The notes beneath the pieces are model-generated. The model saw only the letters and a list, made by a program, of their open reading frames with translations. It was not told the origin of the DNA and ran no database searches. The position numbers were made by a program, and so were the translations under genes. A stretch of DNA of 64,000 bases from a virus: the IMG/VR virus record IMGVR_UViG_3300038620_000134, positions 1 through 64,000 of that record; one strand, written 5' to 3'. Below are positions 19,725-28,511 of the stretch, one piece after another. Positions within the stretch are counted from its first letter, which is position 1, and each line of letters begins with the position of its first letter.

Positions 19725-20055
19725 CTTAATTGTCTTTAATTGTTTTTAACTGTTTCAAAACCCTAACTGTTTTAAAACCCTAACCGTTCCAAAACCCCCA
19801 AACTGATTTAAAATATTTCCCACCCAGTTTGAAACTTCGTTCCACTTCGTTTCACCCACCCTATAATAGAACTATTTTCAATGTTTGCTAAGCAACCATA
19901 ATAGAAGGGAGTTTGAAACCGGTTTGTTGGTAGCAGTTTGAAGAAATTTTGAAATTTATGTTTGAACAGTTTGAAGTACAATTTGAGTTGCAGTTTGAAA
20001 GGTTTGAATTGTTTGAATTTTTTAGTGGTTGGAAAGATTTGAAAAAATTTTGAAC
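19725..20055. repeat. Short-repeat intergenic region, candidate replication origin
   Basis: Three imperfect AACTGTTT.AAAACCCT units, ACTTCGTT.C twice, and many (G)TTTGAA units, at a switch of coding strand. Confidence 0.5.
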
Positions 20056-20079
20056 TCAAGAGTTTTTGTGTTAGTTTTG
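20049..20079 (+). promoter_or_regulatory. Canonical Bacteroidota-type promoter (TTTG-N19-TAGTTTTG)
   Basis: Matches the -33 TTTG / -7 TAnnTTTG consensus, upstream of the clamp loader. Confidence 0.65.
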
Positions 20080-20106
20080 CATACTAAATAAAAACCACTT
20101 AGTATA

Positions 20107-21096
20107 ATGAATCCAAAGACAAAGAAGAAATTAGACACAAACATATGGACTGAACTTTTCAGACCTAGCACTGCTGGAAAGGTTTTGTTGCCTGAAAGAC
20201 TGCAAAATCAACTTTACAAGTTGAATGATAATCTTTATCAAAATCTTTTACTCGCAGGGCCTCCCGGAATAGGGAAAACCACCATTGCAAAGATTTTGGC
20301 ATCAAACTATAAGTATGCTTTTTGGAACATATCAGATCAATCTTCTGTAGAGGTACTAAGAAGTGAAGTTACTGACTTTTGTAAGTCTTATGCTAAAACG
20401 ATTGATGATAAAGGCAACAGTTCAAATATAAAAGTAGTTATATTCGATGAAATTGATGGGGCGTCAAAACAATTTTTAGATGCGCTTAGACCATTTGTTG
20501 AACAATATCAAAATGTACGTTTTATAGCTACATGCAACTATATTAACAAAATTACTGATCCTATTCGAGATCGTTTTGAACTAATGGATCTTGTTAATAT
20601 ATCAAACGATGAAGAAAAAGAGCTGAAAAACTTAATGGCAAAAAAAGCGAAAGGTATAATGGATGCTACTGGCATTGGTTATGATAACAAAGAAACTATT
20701 TACCATTTAGTTGATAAGAACTATCCTTCTTTTAGAAGTGTTGTAAAACGTTTACAAACACTTTATAACAATAACGAAGAGCTTAATTCTAAAAATTTGA
20801 GTTCTATTAACTATCAGTTAAAAGATGTTTATGAACTAATTTTATCTGGAAAGGGTGATCCACAAAAGAATTTTACAGTGCTATCGGCATATAAAAACAG
20901 TGTAGATGAAGTTCTTGAAGGGCTTGGAACAAATTTTATTGAATATATACGTGAATACCATCAAGATAAACTTACTTATTTACCTATCATAACAATAAAA
21001 GTTGCAGAATATCAAGCAAAACGTTTGCAAGTTATTGATACTTTTGTTAACTTGCTTGCATGCGTTTTCGATATTCAAACATCTATTCATCAGTGA
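20107..21096 (+). CDS. Sliding-clamp loader AAA+ subunit (T4 gp44 / RFC-like)
   Basis: WTELFRP, Walker A GPPGIGKTT, Walker B IFDEID, FIATCN. Confidence 0.92.
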   Translation: MNPKTKKKLDTNIWTELFRPSTAGKVLLPERLQNQLYKLNDNLYQNLLLAGPPGIGKTTIAKILASNYKYAFWNISDQSSVEVLRSEVTDFCKSYAKTIDDKGNSSNIKVVIFDEIDGASKQFLDALRPFVEQYQNVRFIATCNYINKITDPIRDRFELMDLVNISNDEEKELKNLMAKKAKGIMDATGIGYDNKETIYHLVDKNYPSFRSVVKRLQTLYNNNEELNSKNLSSINYQLKDVYELILSGKGDPQKNFTVLSAYKNSVDEVLEGLGTNFIEYIREYHQDKLTYLPIITIKVAEYQAKRLQVIDTFVNLLACVFDIQTSIHQ

Positions 21097-21167
21097 ATAA
21101 AAAAAGAGTAAACCAAATTACAACAACTTTGTTTTTTATTTTCTAACTCAAAAACAACATTTCAATT

Positions 21168-21404
21168 ATGCAAAATCAACAACAAGAAAAAAGAGAAAGG
21201 GTAGTTGTCTTGCTTAGAGACAGAACCAAAGAGTCCACTACAGGAAAATCAATTACTGTTAGTGAAGTTGATTCTTTGGATGGAACCAATAGTCATCCTC
21301 ACGACCGTTCTAGTTTTTTAATGGTTTTTAATGAGGAAGACGGTTCGTGGCAAGTTTTCGCCAGGGACCTAGTTGTATATGTTAAAAAATATTACGTTGA
21401 ATAA
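21168..21404 (+). CDS. Hypothetical protein
   Basis: 78-aa ORF with A-rich leader. Confidence 0.65.
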   Translation: MQNQQQEKRERVVVLLRDRTKESTTGKSITVSEVDSLDGTNSHPHDRSSFLMVFNEEDGSWQVFARDLVVYVKKYYVE

Positions 21405-21406
21405 CT

Positions 21407-22413
21407 ATGAATCGTTATTGCGATAACTCCAAAACAAATTTGATTGAAGATTATGTAGACCATCTCTTAGATGGTCTACTCTTCGCTTTTAATCCTGATA
21501 ATTCTAACGGTGAATGGTCATCTCATGTAACACCTTTTTAGGTGTTCATAACGATAATATTGAAATCTACATAACAGTTACTGAAAATGGTAAACTTGTA
21601 GTAACTGATGACAAAGTTACAATATTTGAAGCGAGTTCACTTCTTGACACAGACAAAGTTTCTGAACTTGTAAAAATTATTACAAACTTTTACTCTATTG
21701 AAGAATTTAATACCGAACTTTATATTACAACTGACCTGAACAATTTTAAAACTGATTTTACCAGATTTATTCAGGCTTTAATTGCTTCCCACTTTTTAAT
21801 TAGTAATATGAATAAGTTTAATAAAACACATAGAACTATTGATACTTATTTATACGAAATTGTTAAAAATTATTACTTAATACATAAGTCAGATGGTGAT
21901 TGTAAGTCTAACTTTTTTGTGGGCATTACAAGTGATAGTGATATGAATTCTAAAGTTAGTGAAATATCAAAAAAACATCCAAATATGTATGGATTCACTT
22001 CTTATCGTGTTGATTTAGATAAAAATTTTGATGAAGAAACCGCATTTGATTTTTTAGAAAATTTATTAAACCTAGTGATTAAATTAGCTAAGGAAGGATT
22101 TCTTATAATAGAAAATGATTATAACAAATATTTATTATCAGAGATTAGTAATTATTATAGTAAACTAGAGTTTGAAAATTATTGGAATAACCTTTCACCA
22201 GATACTGAACCAGAAGATGTTTTAAGAAAATTTGTATTTGACTATAAACACATATCAAATCCAAGTATTGATTACAAACCTCTTAAAATATACATGTTTA
22301 GAAGAAACTCAAATATATATAAGAAGGTGAAAACTAAAACAATAAATAAAAATGATAAAAACCTCGTTAGATGGTGGAAACAACTATGTAGTTTATTTGG
22401 CAAATTTTTTTAG
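21407..22413 (+). CDS. DUF1828-like protein split by a -1 frameshift near 21535
   Basis: ORF 21407..21541 ends HVTPF*; the -1 frame continues LGVHNDNIEIYITV...VVTDD, restoring the TPF...D.I.IY...DD motif. Confidence 0.5.
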
Positions 22414-22711
22414 GTTTTTGGAAAAAGATTTAAGTTCCTTGCCTTTAGACTACCATCCTTATATAGAAAGCAGTGGTCGATTGTATTCTTATATAGCCAA
22501 CCATTTAACTCTTTCACAATTAACAGAAGAAATTGAACATACTGAAGTAAATTATAAACAGGACATAATTTTGTTTTATTCATCTGATTTTAATGCTCAA
22601 CTTAAATTGGAATCTGTATTAAACAGTCTTTTAAAAGATTCCAATTTAGAGTACAAGTTAAACTCTGGTATTTGTTCTACATACTTAAAGTTTGATTTAA
22701 GTTCCGCTTAA
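22352..22711 (+). CDS. Hypothetical protein
   Basis: 119-aa ORF; start uncertain because it overlaps the upstream gene. Confidence 0.5.
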   Translation: MIKTSLDGGNNYVVYLANFFRFLEKDLSSLPLDYHPYIESSGRLYSYIANHLTLSQLTEEIEHTEVNYKQDIILFYSSDFNAQLKLESVLNSLLKDSNLEYKLNSGICSTYLKFDLSSA

Positions 22712-22716
22712 CTACT

Positions 22717-23625
22717 ATGAAATCACCTAATAACAGAACTTTAACACTATCAGAAAAAGAAAAAGAGTGTTATTCAAGTAAATTGATTTCTTTGAATAGC
22801 TCTAAGATTAATCCTCCATATGTAAATGTTACAATTAATGGTAATTATGAAAAAGGTGTTAGTTTAATACAGCCCAATTCAATTAATCTTTTAGTTGCTG
22901 ATCCACCTTACAACTTACCTAAAAAATACAATTCAAACACTTTTTCAACTTTAAGTTGGAAAGAATATGAAAACTTTACTCAAGATTGGATTGAAAAAGT
23001 GTTTCCTTTATTAACTTCAGATGCCAGTATTTATGTTTGTTGTGATTGGAAAAGTTCTTCAACTATTGAAAAAGTGCTTAATAAATATTTTTATTTACAG
23101 AATAGAATAACTTGGCAGCGAGAAAAAGGAAGGGGTTCTAAATCTAATTGGAAGAACTGTTTAGAAGATATTTGGTTTGCAACAGTATCTAACAATAGTT
23201 ATTATTTTGATGTAGACGCGGTTAAAGTGAAAAGACGTGTTAAAGCTCCTTACAAAGAAAACGGTAAACCCAAAGATTGGCAGGAAGAAAGCAATGGAAA
23301 CTTTCGGCTAACACATCCTTCTAACTTTTGGAATGATATTACTATTCCCTTTTGGTCAATGCCTGAAAATACGGAACATCCCACCCAAAAACCAGAAAAA
23401 CTAATTGCTAAACTTATATTGGCGAGTTCCAAAGTTGATGATATTGTTTTAGATCCTTTTTTAGGAAGTGGTACTACTTCGGTTGTTGCAAAGAAACTTA
23501 AAAGAAATTATATTGGCATTGAACTGGATAGTAAATATGCTTGTATCGCTGAAAAACGATTGGAACTAGCTGAAAAAGATTCAACAATACAAGGATATGA
23601 AGACGGTGTGTTTTGGAAATATTAA
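22717..23625 (+). CDS. DNA methyltransferase, N6-adenine/N4-cytosine, beta class
   Basis: DPPY precedes HPTQKP and DPFLGSGT. Confidence 0.93.
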   Translation: MKSPNNRTLTLSEKEKECYSSKLISLNSSKINPPYVNVTINGNYEKGVSLIQPNSINLLVADPPYNLPKKYNSNTFSTLSWKEYENFTQDWIEKVFPLLTSDASIYVCCDWKSSSTIEKVLNKYFYLQNRITWQREKGRGSKSNWKNCLEDIWFATVSNNSYYFDVDAVKVKRRVKAPYKENGKPKDWQEESNGNFRLTHPSNFWNDITIPFWSMPENTEHPTQKPEKLIAKLILASSKVDDIVLDPFLGSGTTSVVAKKLKRNYIGIELDSKYACIAEKRLELAEKDSTIQGYEDGVFWKY

Positions 23626-23837
23626 CTAAAATCAAGTTTTACATGAATTTAATAAACAAATTAAAAGCATTTTTTAACGGTAAAAAAACTGAAAAATCAG
23701 TTAAATTAAAATCAGCAGCTTTATTTGACCATCTAGGTGTTAAACAACTAAATAAACCCGCTGTGCTTTCTGAAATATTTAATGAAAAGCCTATTGGGCA
23801 TGAAAAATCTAATAATAGTTTACCAATAGGTTTTTAA
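23613..23837 (+). CDS. Small hypothetical protein
   Basis: Probable start is the internal ATG (MNLINKLKAFF). Confidence 0.5.
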   Translation: MEILTKIKFYMNLINKLKAFFNGKKTEKSVKLKSAALFDHLGVKQLNKPAVLSEIFNEKPIGHEKSNNSLPIGF

Positions 23838-23880
23838 AACATAATAAGTAATGAATCTTCATGTATTAGATGCTTATTGC

Positions 23881-23968
23881 AGGGGGATGGCAGAGCGGTC
23901 GATTGCACCGGTCTTGAAAACCGGCAGCCAGCTACGCTGGTTCGGGGGTTCGAATCCCTCTCCCCCTG
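23881..23968 (+). tRNA. tRNA-Ser(TGA)
   Basis: AGGGGGA/TCCCCCT acceptor stem, CCGGT-CTTGAAA-ACCGG anticodon arm, long variable arm, GTTCGAATC. Confidence 0.93.
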
Positions 23969-24001
23969 CTTATGGTTTTTAACTAAAAATTAAAGTTTTG
24001 C

Positions 24002-24032
24002 TTGACACCTTCAAAAAGATTTACTAGCTTTA
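24002..24032 (+). promoter_or_regulatory. Early promoter TTGACA-N17-TAGCTTTA
   Basis: Same architecture as seven other sites; probably drives 24067 and possibly tnpB plus the array. Confidence 0.65.
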
Positions 24033-24066
24033 CACCATTCCCGAAATTATTAAACTATTATAAGTT

Positions 24067-24687
24067 ATGACTAACACAACTAAATTTCCAATCGAAGAGC
24101 TTTACGCTGAGCCGGAAAAGTTTTTACTAGCAAGTGAAAATTACGATTTAGGTTACCCTGAGCTTTACTATTTAGCATATGGTAGCCTAATGAAGTGGCA
24201 TTCTTGTGAGGCTCATTTGGTCTTGGTGAAGTTAAACTCAAATAAATACGGGCTTGGAGAGTCTGATTTAGAAGAATTTGAGCTTCGCCTTAAAATGGTG
24301 GCTAGTCTTTATCAGAACTGGCAAAATGAGCTGCAAGATTATTGGCAGTTATGTGACGAGTTCGGGGCCAGATATTCTATCACTCTAAGTGATGTTTATA
24401 AAAATTCGCTTCCGTTAGATGACGAAGGCGAACACGAAATTGAAAAAGTTAAAAACTTGAGTATTGAAGCTGCTAAAAGAGCTATTAAAGCAGAAAACTT
24501 AGCGGCGGTTAGATGGCTAAACCAGTTCTGGTTGGAGGCTGATATTTGGAAACAATTGAATTCTAAACCAGATTCTAAAAGAGTTGTACAAGCCCGCTGG
24601 TTAAAAGAGCTTTTCGTGTTTGATCTTGTTGGAGAAGATAAGTATCCTATGTGGAAAAAACCATTATCGTCTTTTTCTGAACTTTAA
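24067..24687 (+). CDS. Hypothetical protein directly upstream of tnpB
   Basis: 206-aa ORF, no recognised motif. Confidence 0.75.
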   Translation: MTNTTKFPIEELYAEPEKFLLASENYDLGYPELYYLAYGSLMKWHSCEAHLVLVKLNSNKYGLGESDLEEFELRLKMVASLYQNWQNELQDYWQLCDEFGARYSITLSDVYKNSLPLDDEGEHEIEKVKNLSIEAAKRAIKAENLAAVRWLNQFWLEADIWKQLNSKPDSKRVVQARWLKELFVFDLVGEDKYPMWKKPLSSFSEL

Positions 24688-24783
24688 TTGTTTTAATTAT
24701 GCCAGACTTTACCAAAAATACGAAAAAGAAAATCAAAAACTAAAAAAGAATTATAAAGCTTTTTTAGTGATTATTGGCCTATT

Positions 24784-25974
24784 ATGAGTGAGCAAAAGAC
24801 AATTTATAGAGCCTACAAGTTTCGATTAAAGCCTACTAAAGAGCAAGCTGAACTGCTCGACAAGACTTTCGGCTGCGTACGGCTTATTTACAACTATATG
24901 CTGGCCCAGCGTAAGGAGCATTATGAAAAGACTGGTAAATCTCCGAATGTCTACGAGCAATCACGCCAACTCCCAGAATTAAAACGGACTGAAGAATTTG
25001 GCTTTTTGAAGGAAATCGACTCAGCTGCGTTGGTTAGTGCTGTTTGGGATTTGGACGATGCTTATCAAAGATTTTTCAAAAAACATGGTAAGTATCCTAA
25101 GTTTAAGTCTAAGCACAAAAGTAAAAAAAGTTATAGTTCCTTTTCTAACACGTGCAAAATAAAAGGTGATCGTGTATATGCGCCTAAGTTTAAGAAACAG
25201 GGTATAAAAGTCATTGCACACCGTCTTATTGTGGGCAAGACTAAGACCATGACCTTCAGCAAGACACCTAGCGGGAAGTATTACGTTTCTATCTTTGTAG
25301 AAGAGCTATATACGCCCCCCGAACCTACGGGTGAAGCTGTTGGTATTGACCTAGGTATAAAAGAGCTTGCTGTTACGTCGGACGGTCAGCGTTACGAGAA
25401 CGCGAAATATTTGCAGAAATACGAGAAAAAACTGGCAAAAGCTCAAAAAGATTTAGCCCGTAAAAAGGGAAGTAAGAAATGTGAGGAAAAAAGCAATAGC
25501 TATATCCGTCAAAAACAGAAAGTCGCCAAGCTGCATGAGAAGGTAGCAAATTCGAGAAAAAACTTGCTGCACGAAATATCGCGGGAAGTCGTAGATAACT
25601 ATGATACGATAGCTTTGGAAGACTTGAATGTTCAAGGTATGAAGCAAAACCGGAAACTGGCCAAAAATATCAGCGACGTTAGTTGGGGTATGTTCAAAGA
25701 AATGCTAAAATACAAGGCAGAACGAGATAATAAACAGGTTGTGGCGATAAACCGATATTATCCAAGCAGTAAAACCTGCCATATTTGCGGGGATGAGAAG
25801 GAAAATCTAAGTCTCTCGGAGCGAGAGTGGACGTGTTCAAACGGCCACGTCTTAGACCGGGACCTGAATGCAGCAATAAATATATTAAATCAAGGATTAC
25901 TAAAATTAGAATCGGCAGCAGATGTCGATAACACGGGTGGAGTCGAAGTAAATCCTGTTTCGACAGGTGTTTGA
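24784..25974 (+). CDS. tnpB: TnpB (IS200/IS605 family) RNA-guided nuclease, catalytic triad intact
   Basis: YRAYKFRLKPT...FGCVR.IYN N-terminus; RuvC GIDLG, ALEDL, DRDLNAA; Zn finger CHIC...CSNGH; no tnpA nearby. Confidence 0.95.
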   Translation: MSEQKTIYRAYKFRLKPTKEQAELLDKTFGCVRLIYNYMLAQRKEHYEKTGKSPNVYEQSRQLPELKRTEEFGFLKEIDSAALVSAVWDLDDAYQRFFKKHGKYPKFKSKHKSKKSYSSFSNTCKIKGDRVYAPKFKKQGIKVIAHRLIVGKTKTMTFSKTPSGKYYVSIFVEELYTPPEPTGEAVGIDLGIKELAVTSDGQRYENAKYLQKYEKKLAKAQKDLARKKGSKKCEEKSNSYIRQKQKVAKLHEKVANSRKNLLHEISREVVDNYDTIALEDLNVQGMKQNRKLAKNISDVSWGMFKEMLKYKAERDNKQVVAINRYYPSSKTCHICGDEKENLSLSEREWTCSNGHVLDRDLNAAINILNQGLLKLESAADVDNTGGVEVNPVSTGV

Positions 25975-26020
25975 CTATGAAACTCGAAGCTCTTTCAAAT
26001 TTGAAGAGGGAATACCTGAC
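25912..26020 (+). ncRNA. omegaRNA (reRNA) scaffold overlapping the tnpB 3' end
   Basis: Stems TCGGCA/TGTCGA, CGGGT/ACTCG, AGTCGAA/TTTGACT and CCTGT-TTCG-ACAGG; terminal hairpin ending in TGAC; layout typical of IS605 right ends. Confidence 0.75.
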
Positions 26021-26043
26021 GCAAGGAAGCGAGGAAAAACGGG

Positions 26044-26303
26044 GTCGGAGTCCCTCTGCAATTTTGAGAGGGTATCTGACTCATAGATAATTTTTATTTT
26101 ATTTATTCAGTAAAAAGTCGGAGTCCCTCTGCAATTTTGAGAGGGTATCTGACTTAATCCGCTTATTTATGTTACGAACTGATCACAAAAAAAGGTGAGA
26201 GTCCCTCTAACACTTTGAAAGGGTATCTGACAAAGAAGTGCTTGAGGCTTGCGATGCCAGAATTAAGTGAGAGTCCCTCTAACACTTTGAAAGGGTATCT
26301 AAT
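26044..26303 (+). CRISPR. Mini CRISPR array: 4 x 37-bp repeats of two variants, spacers 36/41/35 bp
   Basis: GTCGGAGTCCCTCTGCAATTTTGAGAGGGTATCTGAC at 26044 and 26117; GTGAGAGTCCCTCTAACACTTTGAAAGGGTATCTGAC at 26195; the same variant ending TAAT at 26267; spacers unique. Confidence 0.88.
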
Positions 26304-26394
26304 GTTGACAAGGTAAAATGAAAAATTGAACATGAAAGAAGAAGAGCGCTATTAGAAATAATAAGATATATTAAACCACCAAAATAAAAGTACT

Positions 26395-27702
26395 ATGAAT
26401 ATGGAATACCCTGAAATTTATGCGTTTTCTGGAAAAATAGGTTCTGGAAAAAACTTCATGGCAGAAAAAATATTTCCTGAATATCTTTCTTCTAAGTCCA
26501 CACTTGTAATGGCATTTGCCGATGTATTTAAAGTTAGGGCTATCATTGAAGAGGGTTTAGATGAAAAGAAAGTATTTGAAGGGCCGAAAGATGAGGAAAC
26601 ACGTAGAATCCTTCAAATTTATGGCACTGAAGAAGGACGTGATAAAAAAGGAGAAGATATATGGTGCAGGTATTTGGAACAGTATATTAGATTATATTCT
26701 CAAAGAAAATCTATTGAAAGGGTTATTATAACAGATTTACGTTTTGAAAATGAAGCAAACTATTTAAGATCACTTGGAGCTTATTTGATTCGTGTAGAAG
26801 CACCTAATAGAAACAAAAGTGCACTTGAACAAGAAGCGTCCAATAAAGATGGCAACGTTCAATATGATGTTTATAATAAAATTTCGCAACACCCTAGTGA
26901 AACAGGTTTAGATAACTGGACAGATTGGGATTTAGTAATTCATAATGATTACGAAGATTCTCCTTATATCCACATTCGTGATTGGGTAGTAAATCACCGC
27001 GAATCTAAACATTTTTATTCGCATGTTGTTTTGATAGATCTTGATGATACGGTTGTTAGTTGTGGTCAAAAATATCATGAAAAAATTGACAAAGCATGTG
27101 ATCTTATTATCAAGGAAAAATCTAAAAATTTAACTAAAAAACAAGTAAAAAATACTTTTAAAGAGTTGGATTCTGATCGCCTTAATTCTTTTTATGATCG
27201 CTATCGGCTTTCTAAAAAATTAAAAGAGTTGGGAGTTTACTATAACGTATCAAGTTCTACACTAGAAAAATTATATGAGCTGGGTATTCAAGTTTATAAA
27301 GATACGTTTGAATATCTTTCAGGGTCTTATGAAGCACTAAATTTACTTTGGAAAAATTTGGATAATAATGATAAATTGATTATCTTTACACTTGGAAGAC
27401 GCGAAGATCAAGTTCGAAAAATACACGAACTTGGGCTTTTTGATATTGAGCATGAAATTGTTGAAACAAGAAAATCTGATGATGTTTACCAACAAGTTAA
27501 AAAAGATTATCCAGCTAATAAATATACTATGATTGGAGATTCTTTGGAAAATGATGTTTATCCTGCATTATCAGCAGACTTTAACAATATTTATTGGGTA
27601 AATAGTTATTCTAATCAAAGCTCTTTGTATGATTATTTTGTTGTGAAAGACTTACAAGAGGCTGTTTATCATTTTTTAAACCTAAAAGATAAAGTAACAT
27701 GA
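26395..27702 (+). CDS. Deoxynucleoside monophosphate kinase fused to a HAD hydrolase
   Basis: SGKIGSGK, FAD..K, R.ILQ.YGTE and ITDLRFENE; then IDLDDTV...MIGDSLENDV. Confidence 0.88.
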   Translation: MNMEYPEIYAFSGKIGSGKNFMAEKIFPEYLSSKSTLVMAFADVFKVRAIIEEGLDEKKVFEGPKDEETRRILQIYGTEEGRDKKGEDIWCRYLEQYIRLYSQRKSIERVIITDLRFENEANYLRSLGAYLIRVEAPNRNKSALEQEASNKDGNVQYDVYNKISQHPSETGLDNWTDWDLVIHNDYEDSPYIHIRDWVVNHRESKHFYSHVVLIDLDDTVVSCGQKYHEKIDKACDLIIKEKSKNLTKKQVKNTFKELDSDRLNSFYDRYRLSKKLKELGVYYNVSSSTLEKLYELGIQVYKDTFEYLSGSYEALNLLWKNLDNNDKLIIFTLGRREDQVRKIHELGLFDIEHEIVETRKSDDVYQQVKKDYPANKYTMIGDSLENDVYPALSADFNNIYWVNSYSNQSSLYDYFVVKDLQEAVYHFLNLKDKVT

Positions 27703-27884
27703 GCAGAATAGAAAGCATACTTATTATATTAATTGCAGGAGCTGTTTTAATTATTTCTTTAATTAAAACATCAGAACAATGTAATACAGAAAAAACTTAT
27801 GTTTTAAATTGTGATACTACTAAAGTGTCTAACAATAAAACAGTAGTTAGTTGTGATACAATCACTGTAAACAACATACAATAA
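27699..27884 (+). CDS. Small membrane protein
   Basis: N-terminal hydrophobic helix; ATGA overlap with the upstream gene. Confidence 0.6.
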   Translation: MSRIESILIILIAGAVLIISLIKTSEQCNTEKTYVLNCDTTKVSNNKTVVSCDTITVNNIQ

Positions 27885-27936
27885 GTAAATAGCTTTACAT
27901 AAGTAAAGAAATTGTTGGATTTAACTTTAATTTGAA

Positions 27937-28431
27937 ATGATTGATATTTATAAAAGTTTAACAGAAGAAGAAAAGGCTGCTTGGCGACAAAAAAGTGATC
28001 CGCAAATTGAAAAACTTTTTATTAATTTTCCATCCGAAATTCAAACTCCAGATGGAAATTGGATGACTTTTTCAAAGCAACGAATAGACTTGGATGTAAA
28101 TACTTATCTTGGTAAAGTTAGTATATACAGTTCCTATTTGAAAGAATGGTTTGTTCATGAACTTTCTGTAATGGAATCACGGGTTTGGCCTATTGATAGA
28201 ATTGATTGGCTTTATCAAAATTATCCAAACTATAAAGATAAAAATGGATCATGGTTTTTACTTTGTCAAGCTAGTGTTTCAAGGTATGATCCTGAACTTC
28301 AATCATATGAGTCTGATGATACCTTAGATGATTGGGGTAGTCTCCCCCAATATGAAATGATTAAAAAGATTAAAGACTTACCTTTTAGTAGAGGCTGGAA
28401 TTTGTTAGATCAAAGGAAAGAAGCGGAATAA
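27937..28431 (+). CDS. Hypothetical protein
   Basis: 164-aa ORF. Confidence 0.7.
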   Translation: MIDIYKSLTEEEKAAWRQKSDPQIEKLFINFPSEIQTPDGNWMTFSKQRIDLDVNTYLGKVSIYSSYLKEWFVHELSVMESRVWPIDRIDWLYQNYPNYKDKNGSWFLLCQASVSRYDPELQSYESDDTLDDWGSLPQYEMIKKIKDLPFSRGWNLLDQRKEAE

Positions 28432-28462
28432 AAAGAAGATTAAAATTTTCTCGTTTCATTCC

Positions 28463-28493
28463 TTGACAACAATTACTTTTGTTCCTATCTTAG
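28463..28493 (+). promoter_or_regulatory. Early promoter TTGACA-N17-TATCTTAG
   Basis: Conserved spacing with the other sites. Confidence 0.65.
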
Positions 28494-28511
28494 AGTAAAA
28501 CTTTTCCAACT

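Noticed and set aside
19808-20059. 83-aa F/K/Q-rich ORF
   Set aside because: Translation of the TTTGAA repeats; overlaps a promoter; likely spurious.
24690-26020. Intact IS605 transposon
   Set aside because: No tnpA and no clear left-end hairpin upstream of tnpB; the right end runs into the array.
26021-26266. Self-targeting spacers within this window
   Set aside because: No exact protospacer found by eye; only motif-level resemblance to late promoters.
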